Shown: one piece after another, positions 30,365 through 40,878 of the stretch
Layout: each line of letters begins with the position of its first letter
Position numbering within the stretch: the stretch's first letter is position 1
NCBI GenBank assembly: GCA_011364965.1
Contig: RDOB01000003.1
Location: forward strand, 192,001 to 256,000
Direction of reading: 5' to 3'
Source: Candidatus Heimdallarchaeota archaeon
GTDB taxonomy: Archaea; Asgardarchaeota; Heimdallarchaeia; Hodarchaeales; Hodarchaeaceae
Length of the DNA stretch: 64,000 bases
Program-made: the position numbers and the translations under genes
Notes under the pieces: generated by a model
The model's database searches: none
The model's input: the letters and a program-made list of their open reading frames with translations, nothing else
What the model was told of the DNA's origin: nothing

Positions 30365-31765
30365 TTGCTTGTCTCAGAGAAAATTATACAGGAAATGTTA
30401 AGAATGCTGAAAAGAGAAGATATGGAACAATATATTGATAAGAATCTTCCTATAGCCTTAGAGAATCTATTTGAACTAATTAGAATCCCAACAGTAACAG
30501 CAAAGGGTGGGGAACATTCCTCTGAAGCATTGGAGGTATTATCTCGTATATTTATGCAGTTGGGCTTTCATACAACGATATTTAAAACAACAGGACAACC
30601 TATTTTTACTGCTTCATTAGATATCAGAAAAACAAAAACCCTGCTATTTTATGATCATTATGATGTACAACCTGCAGAACCACTGGATCTATGGGAAAGT
30701 CCACCGTTTCAACCCGAAATACGTGATGGAAAAATCTATGGACGAGGGGTGGCCGATAATAAAGGTGAAATAATAGTTAGAGCAGCTGCTGTTAAAATGG
30801 TGCAAGATCTGAGGGGAGAATTACCTGTGAATGTAAGATTTTTGATTGAAGGTGAGGAAGAGGTTTCTAGTCCAAATTTAGGAGAGTTTGTAAAGAAAAA
30901 CCTGAACTTTATAAAAGAGAGTGATGCATGTATTTGGGAATTTGGTGGAAAAAATGCCACAGGACAAAAAGAAATATGGGCAGGTGTAAAGGGAATTTGT
31001 TATGTCCAGTTGAAGACATCAGGACCAAAAAAGGATCTTCATTCAGCACTAGGAGCAATAGTAGAAAATCCTGCAAACCACTTGATTGCAGCGCTTGCTT
31101 CATTACGTGATGATAAAACAGATGAAATTCTGATTAAAGATTATTATAAAACAATTCTACCTCCAACGAATTCTTTACTTACTGCAATAGAAAAAATAGC
31201 TGAAGAATTTGATACTGAAAAACAAAAGAAGGAATGGGGAGTCCAAACGTTCATTCAGGATCTTCAGGGTTTAGATTTACTTAAAAAATATTATTTAAGT
31301 CCGACATGCACAGTTTGTGGAATATGGGCTGGCTGGCAGGGAGAAGGAGGAAAAACAGTACTTCCGTCAACTGCCCACGCAAAATTAGATTTCCGTTTAG
31401 TCCCGGACCAAACTCCAGAGGACGTAATAACCAAACTAAAGGCGCATTTCGCTGAAAATTCTTTCAATATTGAGATTGAGTGGTATGAAGGCTATCCACC
31501 AGCTTACACACCATTGACGGATCCTTTTGTAAAAATAACAGAGAAAACCTTTATTGAAATTTATAAGCACAAACCTATGATTCATCCGTGGAATGCAGGA
31601 TCAGGACCACTTTATCTTTTTGCAGATCATGTACCAGTGCTATCGATTGGAGTGGGGCACGCAGGGAGTAATTCTCATTCTCCCAATGAAAACGTAATTC
31701 TTGAAGATTTTAAACAAGGACAAATTGCAATAGCACGATTAATGGAGAATTTTAGTCGGGTCTGA
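30365..31765 (+). CDS. M20-family metallopeptidase/deacylase
   Basis: YDHYDVQP, YGRGVADNKG, EGEEE, HSPNE. Confidence 0.93.
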   Translation: MLVSEKIIQEMLRMLKREDMEQYIDKNLPIALENLFELIRIPTVTAKGGEHSSEALEVLSRIFMQLGFHTTIFKTTGQPIFTASLDIRKTKTLLFYDHYDVQPAEPLDLWESPPFQPEIRDGKIYGRGVADNKGEIIVRAAAVKMVQDLRGELPVNVRFLIEGEEEVSSPNLGEFVKKNLNFIKESDACIWEFGGKNATGQKEIWAGVKGICYVQLKTSGPKKDLHSALGAIVENPANHLIAALASLRDDKTDEILIKDYYKTILPPTNSLLTAIEKIAEEFDTEKQKKEWGVQTFIQDLQGLDLLKKYYLSPTCTVCGIWAGWQGEGGKTVLPSTAHAKLDFRLVPDQTPEDVITKLKAHFAENSFNIEIEWYEGYPPAYTPLTDPFVKITEKTFIEIYKHKPMIHPWNAGSGPLYLFADHVPVLSIGVGHAGSNSHSPNENVILEDFKQGQIAIARLMENFSRV

Positions 31766-31768
31766 ACT

Positions 31769-32227
31769 ATGAATTATACGTACCCCAAAATGATCCATAC
31801 CTCAGATGGGATTATAAAAACGCAGAATGGAAAAATTGTGCTCATTAAACGTGGATATGAACCATTTAAAGATTATTGGGCTTTACCTGGTGGAATAGTT
31901 GAAGAAAGCGAATCGGTCGAGGAAGCACTAATCAGGGAGATGAAGGAAGAAGCTGGAGTTTTAGTTATTCCGAGGGAAATCCTAGGTGTTTTTTCTGCGC
32001 CCAATCGTGATCCACGAGGAAGAGTTATTTCTACGGTTTTTATTTGCGATTCTGAGAGTGACCAATTTCATGCTGGAGATGACGCAAAAGAGCTTCAGAT
32101 TATTTCATTAGATCAAGTTCATACAAAGAAATTAGCATTCGATCATAAATTCATATTAGAATGCTATTATAGGTGGATTGAAATTAAAAGCACATTTTGG
32201 TCTTATAAATTTAATCCAACGGACTAA
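31769..32227 (+). CDS. Nudix hydrolase (ADP-ribose pyrophosphatase-like)
   Basis: Nudix box GGIVEESESVEEALIREMKEEAG, RDPR, LAFDH. Confidence 0.93.
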   Translation: MNYTYPKMIHTSDGIIKTQNGKIVLIKRGYEPFKDYWALPGGIVEESESVEEALIREMKEEAGVLVIPREILGVFSAPNRDPRGRVISTVFICDSESDQFHAGDDAKELQIISLDQVHTKKLAFDHKFILECYYRWIEIKSTFWSYKFNPTD

Positions 32228-32309
32228 AAGCTTTAAGAGAGTTCAAAAATTCCCTCTTGGGAGTTTTTAGTCCCAAAGAATTTAGAAAATCTCTAATCAA
32301 GAGGAATTT
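32221..32309. terminator. Nested inverted repeats between convergent genes; candidate bidirectional terminator
   Basis: GGACTAAAA/TTTTAGTCC, TTGGGA/TCCCAA, AAATTCCCTCTTG/CAAGAGGAATTT. Confidence 0.4.
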
Positions 32310-32348
32310 ATCTGTAGAATAAGAAATGGAAAGAAACGAAAAATATTA

Positions 32349-34166
32349 TTATCGTTTCCTTCGATTTGCTATAGTGATGACTAGAAGAAAGAGGAATATA
32401 TTCGTAAAATTAAATCCTGGAGACAAATTTAACGTAGGTTCAGGATTTGAACTAGTAGGTTCTGAACTCGTATCACTCGAGAAATTTCTATTAGTTAGTT
32501 TAATAAGGAAGTAGTCTAAATATTCATCTTCGTTTGTAGCGGCAAGTTGTCCAGAGGTTAACTCCAGTCGATATAAAGCTCCTCTATCTTTAGTCCAGCG
32601 AAATTCTAGGTAGGCATCATATCCGAGTCCCATTTCTGCATAATCTAGATCAATACCAATAGAGTCACCATAATCGACATATGGTTGATCCGCTGTGAAT
32701 ATTCTTGAATATGTTAGATTGTGAATTGGTATAAAGAATATGTACGTTCCAGTAGTTCTATAATAGATATTATTTACCCACACTTCAGCAGTTACAGTTT
32801 CCATACTCATATTTACAACTTTTAAAGTGAGATTATCACCACTATAGAATATTAGAGGTTCATATTCAAAGTCTTCAAAACCTGTCCTAAACCAGCTCCC
32901 AAGATCTAATCCAGTTGCATTCCCTGTATAAGTAATCTCATATTCAAATATATCTCCAGGGGATACTCCCCATATCTTTGTTGGGTCAGGAATTTTAGGT
33001 TCAGAGGATCCTGAGGGAGTGTATTGTCCTTCACGGATGAGTATATTATCAAATGCGACATGAGCGTTATAAACTCCAAACCCAATATTTCCTGCCATAC
33101 GCGCAGGAATTGAAAACTTTCCGAGAATTATATTATTCCAATATATCTTGAAATTGGCATCAGTATCAACTATGATTGTTATATGACCCTCCATTGGAAA
33201 AGGAGAAATTTTTGTACCAAGCTCATGCTCGTCCTCGTCTACGCGAACAGAGTACCAAACATCACCCTCCTTATAAAATTCAATAAAACGTCGTCCATTT
33301 GGCTCAGATGTTAATTCAAACGAAAAAATTGAAACTCCTGAAAACCATTCATTAACCAAATAATCAAATTCAATTGTAACATTTTGTAAAGCAAAGGACA
33401 CATCTGCAGTGCAAGCTGACCATATTTCCCCTTCCCAAAAACCGTTCAGCTTTCCATTTTCAACGTACCAATCGGGATTAATTTGAGTATACAAAGTCGA
33501 ATTAACCGTGGTATCACTCCATTGATCATAATTGTCACTAAAGATAATATTTGGATCTAAGTTAAACCAACTATAAGGATAAACATATAATTCGTCAAAT
33601 TTTACTTTAGAATAATCATATATGCCAAATCCGATTGTCCCTAGCCTTGGAGTCTCTACAGGGGTTTCAATCGCAACAGGAAAGTCATTAATTGAAAGAT
33701 AAAGACAACCTTTGCTGGTAGTTATGTGAACATGATTCCATTGATTAAGAGGCATTGAATAATTAAGGTTTATCCATCCTAATCCTGTTTCGATAATATG
33801 ATTTGCCCAGGGTTCAGAACCAATTTCAACACGAGTATCATTGATATAATCTAAGAAAAAATGAAATTGCTCAGATCCATATCCTCCTATTATATAAGCA
33901 TCAAAAGTCACAGTGTACTCTATTTCATCAAAGAAGGGATTAGAGCAAATAAATTCATCCCATACACCGCTAGTTCCAATTCCTTCTAGGAAACTATCTT
34001 CAACAGTCCAATTACCATTAACTGAAGTCCAAATTCCATTTAAACCATTAAAACCCTCGTAAAAAAGTATATCACTAGCACTAGAATTGTGAATTGGAAT
34101 TAAAAAACAAAATATTAAACTAAATAATAAAATCTTATGAATATGCTTTCTTGAATCCATTTTCAT
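32349..34166 (-). CDS. Secreted surface protein: two ConA/DUF1080-like beta-sandwiches plus PGF-type C-terminal anchor
   Basis: Signal peptide; two repeats ending G.IGFG.Y...V.FD; S/T linker; SPGF-TM-RRKR tail. Confidence 0.75.
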   Translation of the reverse strand: MKMDSRKHIHKILLFSLIFCFLIPIHNSSASDILFYEGFNGLNGIWTSVNGNWTVEDSFLEGIGTSGVWDEFICSNPFFDEIEYTVTFDAYIIGGYGSEQFHFFLDYINDTRVEIGSEPWANHIIETGLGWINLNYSMPLNQWNHVHITTSKGCLYLSINDFPVAIETPVETPRLGTIGFGIYDYSKVKFDELYVYPYSWFNLDPNIIFSDNYDQWSDTTVNSTLYTQINPDWYVENGKLNGFWEGEIWSACTADVSFALQNVTIEFDYLVNEWFSGVSIFSFELTSEPNGRRFIEFYKEGDVWYSVRVDEDEHELGTKISPFPMEGHITIIVDTDANFKIYWNNIILGKFSIPARMAGNIGFGVYNAHVAFDNILIREGQYTPSGSSEPKIPDPTKIWGVSPGDIFEYEITYTGNATGLDLGSWFRTGFEDFEYEPLIFYSGDNLTLKVVNMSMETVTAEVWVNNIYYRTTGTYIFFIPIHNLTYSRIFTADQPYVDYGDSIGIDLDYAEMGLGYDAYLEFRWTKDRGALYRLELTSGQLAATNEDEYLDYFLIKLTNRNFSSDTSSEPTSSNPEPTLNLSPGFNFTNIFLFLLVITIANRRKR

Positions 34167-34291
34167 ACCTCTCCAACCTACAGAGGTTGATTTCGCGTTT
34201 TCATAGATTCATTCCTATAAAAACTAGCTAGATTTGACTCTCCGCAGATAGGAATAATCTAATGAGAATTAAAAAAAATGGATAAATTAAA

Positions 34292-34353
34292 ATTACATAT
34301 TTTTGCTGATTACATATTTTCATTATAAATCAGTACAATACTCAAAGATGTAA
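34292..34353. repeat. Two direct copies of ATTACATATTTT plus an inverted near-copy upstream of the wHTH-MinD/ParA operon
   Basis: 34292-34303 and 34309-34320; AAAGATGTAA at 34344-34353. Confidence 0.5.
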
Positions 34354-34479
34354 AATAGTGTTTAGATAATAAATTGCTTATTATCGCGGGAAATATTCAA
34401 TTGTGAGCGTCAAGGATAATCTTAGCTCAACAATGCACATGCTTAAATATCAGTTCATTTTTAAAAGTCTCGTATAAAA

Positions 34480-34896
34480 ATGACAGACCAAACGGATCAA
34501 CCAAGCAACAAATTGCTTCAAGATATACTTCTAGAGTTGAAGAAGATCAATACTCAATTAGAGACTATCCAACTTGAACTTCAGCATGAAACAGATAGAA
34601 TAGAAGAGCAGTTTCCAAAATTGGATATACATTCTACTCCTCCTTCCAGTTTAAATATATTAAACATACAGGAACAGAGACCTGGTATTTTTAAGACATA
34701 TAAGACGATTCAAAAAAAAGACAATTGGATCTCCGCGACTGATGTTAGTCAAGAAACAGGTAGAAGTAGGGGATTGGAATCTCGTTATCTTAACTATCTT
34801 GCCGAAAATGGTTTTATAACCAAGAAAAGAGTCAGATTATCTGATGAAGAAAAAGCTACAGCAGTAGTTTACAAGTATATTGAGGTGAATGAGTAG
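34480..34896 (+). CDS. Coiled-coil plus winged-HTH protein
   Basis: Heptad N-terminus; SATDVSQETGRSRGLESRYLNYLAENGFITKKR. Confidence 0.8.
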   Translation: MTDQTDQPSNKLLQDILLELKKINTQLETIQLELQHETDRIEEQFPKLDIHSTPPSSLNILNIQEQRPGIFKTYKTIQKKDNWISATDVSQETGRSRGLESRYLNYLAENGFITKKRVRLSDEEKATAVVYKYIEVNE

Positions 34897-35706
34897 ATGC
34901 AAACAGTTGCTTTTCATAGCTACCGAGGTGGGGTTGGAAAGACACTTCTCTCTGTGAATACTGCAGTTCAACTAGCAAAATTCGGTAAAAAAGTATGCTT
35001 AGTGGATTTTGATTTACGTGCTCCTTCACTCCAATCATACATTACTTCTGAATCAGTCTTTTCCCTTGACCAGAATGATTTTGTTTCATTCACGGAATTC
35101 TTAATTGGGAAAGGAAGTCCAGAGGAGGTAATAAATCCCACAAAATTAGAGAATTTCTATGTTGTGGTTTCAGATATCGAAATTCTACAGAATAAGTCCC
35201 AAACTCGTTCTAAGTTAACACAACATGGAGAAGGACGTATTTTAGCTAAATTATTTGAATTCATTCGGTACTGTAATTCGCAAGAATTCGAATTCTTGAT
35301 AATTGATTGCATGCCTGGAGTTACATATCGTTCACTTGATGCTCTTGTGGTATCTGATAAAATTATGATAATAACTAGACCTGTAAAATCTGAAATCACT
35401 GGTTTGGGATTAGTTATATCAGAATGTTATTCGAAACTGGATGATACAAAATTCTATGCGATTATGAATCAAATTGAGACTATTCAAGATTTAAAAAATC
35501 AACCCAACCAGATGGATTTGAAAATTGCTCAAGATAATCTTAAAGGCATTGCTTCCACTTTAAAGAATAATAATTTGGAAATAGATATCTTACATTCCTT
35601 TCGTAGAGTACCGTTCGTTACAGAACGTATTTATGTATTGTTAGAGGACCCCCATCCATTCACTAAAGAAATTCAGGAATTTTGTCAGAAATTAATTTCA
35701 TTATGA
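34897..35706 (+). CDS. MinD/ParA-family ATPase
   Basis: HSYRGGVGKT, LVDFDLRAPSL, IIDCMPG. Confidence 0.9.
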   Translation: MQTVAFHSYRGGVGKTLLSVNTAVQLAKFGKKVCLVDFDLRAPSLQSYITSESVFSLDQNDFVSFTEFLIGKGSPEEVINPTKLENFYVVVSDIEILQNKSQTRSKLTQHGEGRILAKLFEFIRYCNSQEFEFLIIDCMPGVTYRSLDALVVSDKIMIITRPVKSEITGLGLVISECYSKLDDTKFYAIMNQIETIQDLKNQPNQMDLKIAQDNLKGIASTLKNNNLEIDILHSFRRVPFVTERIYVLLEDPHPFTKEIQEFCQKLISL

Positions 35707-35707
35707 T

Positions 35708-37159
35708 GTGAAAAGGGCGATGAGTAAACGAAAAGGGCAAGAAATTTTTGAAATTCCTTCAGAAGAGGATTTAGCAGAATATATCCATAAAGGAAAGAAA
35801 GTTATTCAGCATATAGAGGAAGGAAAAACTCCAATTTACTTTAAACCAAAAAGACAACATCCAAAAATTACTTTTACAATTATTTTCATTCTAGTACTCT
35901 CATCGAGTGTAATAATAATGGTTCCAGCCATGATTTCAATTTTCTCCTCGATCAATCCATCTACAAATCAGACAACTACTCAAACCACATATACTACTCA
36001 AACAACGATTCCTTCAGGAGAAGACCCAGTTACGCTTTCGCAATCTGTAAACCAATTAGAAACTTTCTTATATCAATTTATCCCTGAAAACTATTCAAAT
36101 TTTGCACCATTCATGGAAAATAATTCCATTAATACATCCAAACGCATAACATTTCAGGAAATACTCGATTTTATCTGGTTATTAAGTCAAGATCGAGATT
36201 CAGAATGGAGAGATCTAGGGAGAAATTTATTATATACTGAGTACAGAATTTGGGAAAATACTTCAATTGAGACAGAATCGCTTGATTTAAAGGCACATTC
36301 TCTAAGAGCACTCTTATCTTACCCTCAAAAAGAAGTACCTTTAATTGGTACAGAAAAATCCTCTTATGAAAATAGATGCTCTTTATTATGGAATTCTATT
36401 AAAGAAGCTGTGGATATTACTTCCAATACAATTTCATTTCAAGAGAATGTTAGTATAAGGATTGCAGATGAACAAATAATATTTTTAGATATTTTATGTG
36501 CTGGTACTACCCATGGAGAATTGTTTAATTACAATGAATTGCAAGGGTATGCAAAAAATATTTTAGAGACCTTAGATGAGATTATAACAAATATAAATGG
36601 CATTCCAGAAGATTTTTTTTCGAATTTAACAGAATTCAATCCAATATATTCCTTTAAGGATCAGGGGCATTTATTCTTAGCTTTACATGCCTTAGATCAT
36701 AGTTTTGATCTTGGTAGCTTAGCTCAAAGTCTTATTCAGAGGTTAGATTCCTTCATCTGGAATTATCTAACTCGAGTAGATTGGAGTTGTAATTCTTACT
36801 ATAATAATACTTCCCATAAAGGTTCTAATGTATTAGCTTCATATGACCAAGGTTTAATGATAAGAAATCACATCTTGATGGACAGACTATCGAGTGCAAA
36901 TTATACTGCAAATACTCTTCGACAAAAATTATCTATGTCAAATGGAGGATATATAATTTCAAACATAAAAAATTCCTCTGCGTATTTAATCGATCAAGTA
37001 CAAATCCTAGTGGCATTTAAAGAGTTAATAGAATTGAAAAACGCGCATGAATCCACTACAGGACCATCTATGGCATCCTTCTGGGGATTACAACCGATTC
37101 TAATTATGATTATTGGATTATCCATTAAAAGGCTTAGGGAGCGAAAAAGAAAAAGGTAA
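35708..37159 (+). CDS. Membrane protein with large helical extracytoplasmic domain, anchored near both termini
   Basis: TM at about residues 54-78, Thr-rich linker, C-terminal hydrophobic helix plus RERKRKR. Confidence 0.7.
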   Translation: MKRAMSKRKGQEIFEIPSEEDLAEYIHKGKKVIQHIEEGKTPIYFKPKRQHPKITFTIIFILVLSSSVIIMVPAMISIFSSINPSTNQTTTQTTYTTQTTIPSGEDPVTLSQSVNQLETFLYQFIPENYSNFAPFMENNSINTSKRITFQEILDFIWLLSQDRDSEWRDLGRNLLYTEYRIWENTSIETESLDLKAHSLRALLSYPQKEVPLIGTEKSSYENRCSLLWNSIKEAVDITSNTISFQENVSIRIADEQIIFLDILCAGTTHGELFNYNELQGYAKNILETLDEIITNINGIPEDFFSNLTEFNPIYSFKDQGHLFLALHALDHSFDLGSLAQSLIQRLDSFIWNYLTRVDWSCNSYYNNTSHKGSNVLASYDQGLMIRNHILMDRLSSANYTANTLRQKLSMSNGGYIISNIKNSSAYLIDQVQILVAFKELIELKNAHESTTGPSMASFWGLQPILIMIIGLSIKRLRERKRKR

Positions 37160-37171
37160 AAATAGAAAAAT

Positions 37172-38479
37172 TCATGCAGCTGCTTTTGCTTTCTCAATTT
37201 TTGCCTTTTCTCTTTTTAATTCGTTCGCTAACTTGTGCTCACGTGCTTGCATACCATAATGAATCCATAGAGCGAATGAACGATACCAAACGTGGGCAAA
37301 TTTACCAAATGGAGCAAGAATTACGAGTTCAATTATGAAAATCATGTGTAGAACAAAAACCCAGTATCCAAGTTCTGCTGGAATGAAAGTTAGGTAGTAT
37401 GAGGCCGTTAGAATGAATCCTGTTAATCCTATCATGAAAAGATTAAATAGAAAAATCCAATCGCATGTAAGAGAATGCTCATTATATCGAAGACTTTTCC
37501 GATATCGACTCAAGCCTGCTAAAGTCACTCCTACCATTAATGCGATCCCACTTATAATCCCTATAATACGGATAGGATATGTTACTGGCACATATCCATT
37601 AGGAATAGACCCCAAAAAATTATCTCGTAACATATTTAGGATTGTTGCTACACCCAAGCCGAAAAAACCCCACAAAATCAATAAATGCATGATCCAACGA
37701 TAAATTATAAACTCTCTACGCTTTCGTTTATTTAATGCTTCAAGAGTACATTGCAGTTGTCGATATTGACCAAATATTTCTTTAATAATCACAGCAATTG
37801 CTTGTTTTACCATTATAATTGGAGAGAAAATTAAGTGGAACACGGTGTTTAACTTTTTATCATTTTTACGAGTATTTCGGGCAATTTCAAAACCTTGAAT
37901 AAAATTAGAATCATATTCTTTAGATATTAATCGATACATGTTTATTATTGATAATCCGATAATTGCTATCAAAATTAGAGCTATCCCAATTCCGATGATC
38001 TCGATTACTATTTTGGGCACTAAATTGAAAATTATTATTGGTCTTTCACTAGAAATGTTAGTTGGATTTCCAAAGACACCAAATAGAAAGAGAGATATTA
38101 AAAATATAATTCCCATCGCTGCTATTCCAAACAAAGGATTTGAATTGAGGAGTTTAGCAATACCAGTCACTTCATACTGACTCATAGCCCAACGTCGAGT
38201 AGCCATCATAAATTCACCAGGTTCTGCGTTACGAGGACATGTTTCAGTACAATCATTACAGTACGAGCATAACCACATTAAGCGATTTCCAAGAAGCTTA
38301 TTTTTTAATCCCACCTGTGCATATCTTATTAATGTGCGAGGAATACCTTTTTCAGTTCCTTCCTCGGATATAGGACAAATAGCAGTACAATTTCCACAAT
38401 TAAAACACGCGTCGACAGAAAAGTCTTTTGTTGAATATGTTTTTATCTCTTTCAACGTTTCTGGATTAATTAATGTCAC
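37172..38479 (-). CDS. QmoC/HdrC-HdrE-like membrane protein (2x[4Fe-4S] plus heme-b TM domain)
   Basis: CFNCGNCTAICP, CSYCNDCTETCP, MHLLILWGF, LHMIF...PFGKFAH. Confidence 0.88.
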   Translation of the reverse strand: MTLINPETLKEIKTYSTKDFSVDACFNCGNCTAICPISEEGTEKGIPRTLIRYAQVGLKNKLLGNRLMWLCSYCNDCTETCPRNAEPGEFMMATRRWAMSQYEVTGIAKLLNSNPLFGIAAMGIIFLISLFLFGVFGNPTNISSERPIIIFNLVPKIVIEIIGIGIALILIAIIGLSIINMYRLISKEYDSNFIQGFEIARNTRKNDKKLNTVFHLIFSPIIMVKQAIAVIIKEIFGQYRQLQCTLEALNKRKRREFIIYRWIMHLLILWGFFGLGVATILNMLRDNFLGSIPNGYVPVTYPIRIIGIISGIALMVGVTLAGLSRYRKSLRYNEHSLTCDWIFLFNLFMIGLTGFILTASYYLTFIPAELGYWVFVLHMIFIIELVILAPFGKFAHVWYRSFALWIHYGMQAREHKLANELKREKAKIEKAKAAA

Positions 38480-38494
38480 TATTTTTATACCTCT

Positions 38495-38827
38495 TTATCC
38501 TTCATCCATTTTCTTCTTTTTAGGTTCCTTGGGGATTAAAACCCACTTGGGATACTGTCCATCTTTTAGATTAGACTCTGTAGCAGTACCATATTTCCGC
38601 ATACTAGTCAAATGCCAGTGAATTATGTTAGAGGCAATTTTTGTTTCCTTAGCGATCATAGGAACTGTTTTAGCTTTGTTAGGATCTAAATCACTCCCTT
38701 CCAAGACTGCTCTGATAGCTTTCTTAATTTTATTACTTTCTTTGACACGATCATTTAAAGCTTCAGGGACGGGTCCTCGTCGTTGACGTATTAGGTCTTG
38801 GGGTTTTATATTATTTTGTTTGTTCAT
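38495..38827 (-). CDS. Small winged-helix protein within the hdr operon
   Basis: KTVPMIAKETKIASNIIHWHLTSMRKYG. Confidence 0.8.
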   Translation of the reverse strand: MNKQNNIKPQDLIRQRRGPVPEALNDRVKESNKIKKAIRAVLEGSDLDPNKAKTVPMIAKETKIASNIIHWHLTSMRKYGTATESNLKDGQYPKWVLIPKEPKKKKMDEG

Positions 38828-40878
38828 AACTTCACATCCTCTACAAAAGCTTTTATCATCTCTTTAATAGCCCCTAATTTATACCCCCGTACATCAATAG
38901 CACCAGGTGTGGGGCATACAGCTACACATGCGCCACAGCCTTTGCAAAGTGCAGCATTAACTTGCGCGTGTTTAATAGTTACTCCATTAATAATAGTATC
39001 CACCATCTGAATCGCACCCATATACTCACATTCATTTACACATAAACCGGTACCATTGCAAATTTCAGGATCCACCAATGCCACAAAAGGTTCTAATTCC
39101 GTGAAATTTTTGGCTAGAATTATTGCACCTTTAGAAGCAGCTGCGCTAGCAGCAGCTGATGTTTCTGTAATATCCATTGGAGCTTGAGAAGTGCCAGCTA
39201 GCATAATACCAGGACTAGCCATTTCTATTGGTCTTAATTTTGGGTGAACTTCCAGTAAAAATCTATCAGATCCAATAGGAACTTTCATTTGGTTGATTAA
39301 CGTTTTTTGATTACTTGGTACCATTCCAACCGCTAAAATCACAAGATCAGCAGGAACTTCTAGTTCTTGACAAAATGTTAGCTGATCTTTTACTTTTATA
39401 TGAACTCTTCTGTCTCTTAGAGAGTTTGACGGTTTTACAACTTCAGGTAAAGATGTAGAGTTATACTTTAGGAAAATTACTCCATTTTTTGAAGCTTTTT
39501 CATAATAATCCTCTTCAGTAAATCGCGCATAAGTTCGGATATCTCGATAGATGTTGTAAACATTAGTTTCAGGAAAACGCTCCTTTATTTCATTAGCAGC
39601 CTGTAAACTCGCAGAACAGCAAACACGCGAGCAATATTCATTTAACATACCATCACAATTTTGACCAGGTTTAAAATTTCCATCAGCTTGACGACTTCCA
39701 ACACAGTGTATGATAGCAACAGAATGAATCTCTCTACCATGCCACTCAAATTTTTTCTCGAAAATACCTCCTGGAGACATCATTCTAACAAACTGGGGGA
39801 GAGTGATTACATTAGGATGGACTTCCCACCCAAATTCGCCATTGTAGGGAATGTAATGATCAAAACCAGTTGCTAGGATGACAACCCCCGCCGTTAAATG
39901 TATTAAATCGCTTTCTGATATTTCTAGTTGTATTCTTTCTGTATTTTCTAGTGCCTCTTTACATTTTCCACAGCGAGTACAATAGTTCCAATCGATTGAG
40001 TCTATTTGTGGATAATTACCTGGTTTAGCACTTCCAATCGCTTTCCGTGGAATTCCACGAAAGTCATATTCGTTGGGAATTATCTCTGGACAGGCATTAG
40101 CTGCAATACGTAATTCTCGTGGATCTAATTTTCCAATAATTCCTCGGGAACCAATCTCCTTCAAAGACACATTGAAATTTCCAATATAACCTGTGAATTC
40201 GACAACTTCTGTATTTAAACGTAGAGTTATTAGTGAGTTAGATATTATTTCTTGAATCAAACTATTTAATAAATCTGCAGCCACTTCTCCTGTTGGGTAT
40301 ATTGTATCAAGAGAGGCCATTCTACCGCCTAAGTAAGGTGATTTCTCCACTAATTCGACTGGAATTCCTGAGGCAGCTAATTCTTTCGCAGCTCGTAACC
40401 CCCCTACTCCACCACCTAGTACAAGGGCTTTTTTCCGAGTAGTGATTTTAATGCTCTCAAGGGGATCGAGTTGCATTGCTTTTGCGACTCCACCACGAAT
40501 TAAAGACACAGCTTTCCGAGTTGCTTCATCTGGTTGATGAGAATGCACCCAAGAGTCTTGCTCTCGTATATTTACCTGTTCATAAAGAAATTCATTGAGT
40601 CCTCCCCGACGAGTGGCACCTCGGAACGTCATTTCATGTAAACTTGGGCTACAGGAAGCTACCACTACACGATTAACCTTTCCAGCCTTAATATCTTCTT
40701 CAATTAATTCTTGACCTGCATTGGAACACATGAACATGTTACGGCGGCTAACAACTACGTTAGGATATTTTTCTAATTCCTGACGTACTTTCTCTACATC
40801 AACAATGTCGGAAATATTGCCACCACAGTGACAAATGTATACGCCAACTTTAGTTTCTTCTTTTTCACTCATGTTCAC
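38824..40878 (-). CDS. hdrA: Heterodisulfide reductase subunit A-like (QmoB-like) flavoprotein
   Basis: GVYICHCGGNI, GGGVGG, HCVGSR, YCSRVCC, C-terminal ferredoxin. Confidence 0.93.
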   Translation of the reverse strand: MNMSEKEETKVGVYICHCGGNISDIVDVEKVRQELEKYPNVVVSRRNMFMCSNAGQELIEEDIKAGKVNRVVVASCSPSLHEMTFRGATRRGGLNEFLYEQVNIREQDSWVHSHQPDEATRKAVSLIRGGVAKAMQLDPLESIKITTRKKALVLGGGVGGLRAAKELAASGIPVELVEKSPYLGGRMASLDTIYPTGEVAADLLNSLIQEIISNSLITLRLNTEVVEFTGYIGNFNVSLKEIGSRGIIGKLDPRELRIAANACPEIIPNEYDFRGIPRKAIGSAKPGNYPQIDSIDWNYCTRCGKCKEALENTERIQLEISESDLIHLTAGVVILATGFDHYIPYNGEFGWEVHPNVITLPQFVRMMSPGGIFEKKFEWHGREIHSVAIIHCVGSRQADGNFKPGQNCDGMLNEYCSRVCCSASLQAANEIKERFPETNVYNIYRDIRTYARFTEEDYYEKASKNGVIFLKYNSTSLPEVVKPSNSLRDRRVHIKVKDQLTFCQELEVPADLVILAVGMVPSNQKTLINQMKVPIGSDRFLLEVHPKLRPIEMASPGIMLAGTSQAPMDITETSAAASAAASKGAIILAKNFTELEPFVALVDPEICNGTGLCVNECEYMGAIQMVDTIINGVTIKHAQVNAALCKGCGACVAVCPTPGAIDVRGYKLGAIKEMIKAFVEDVKL

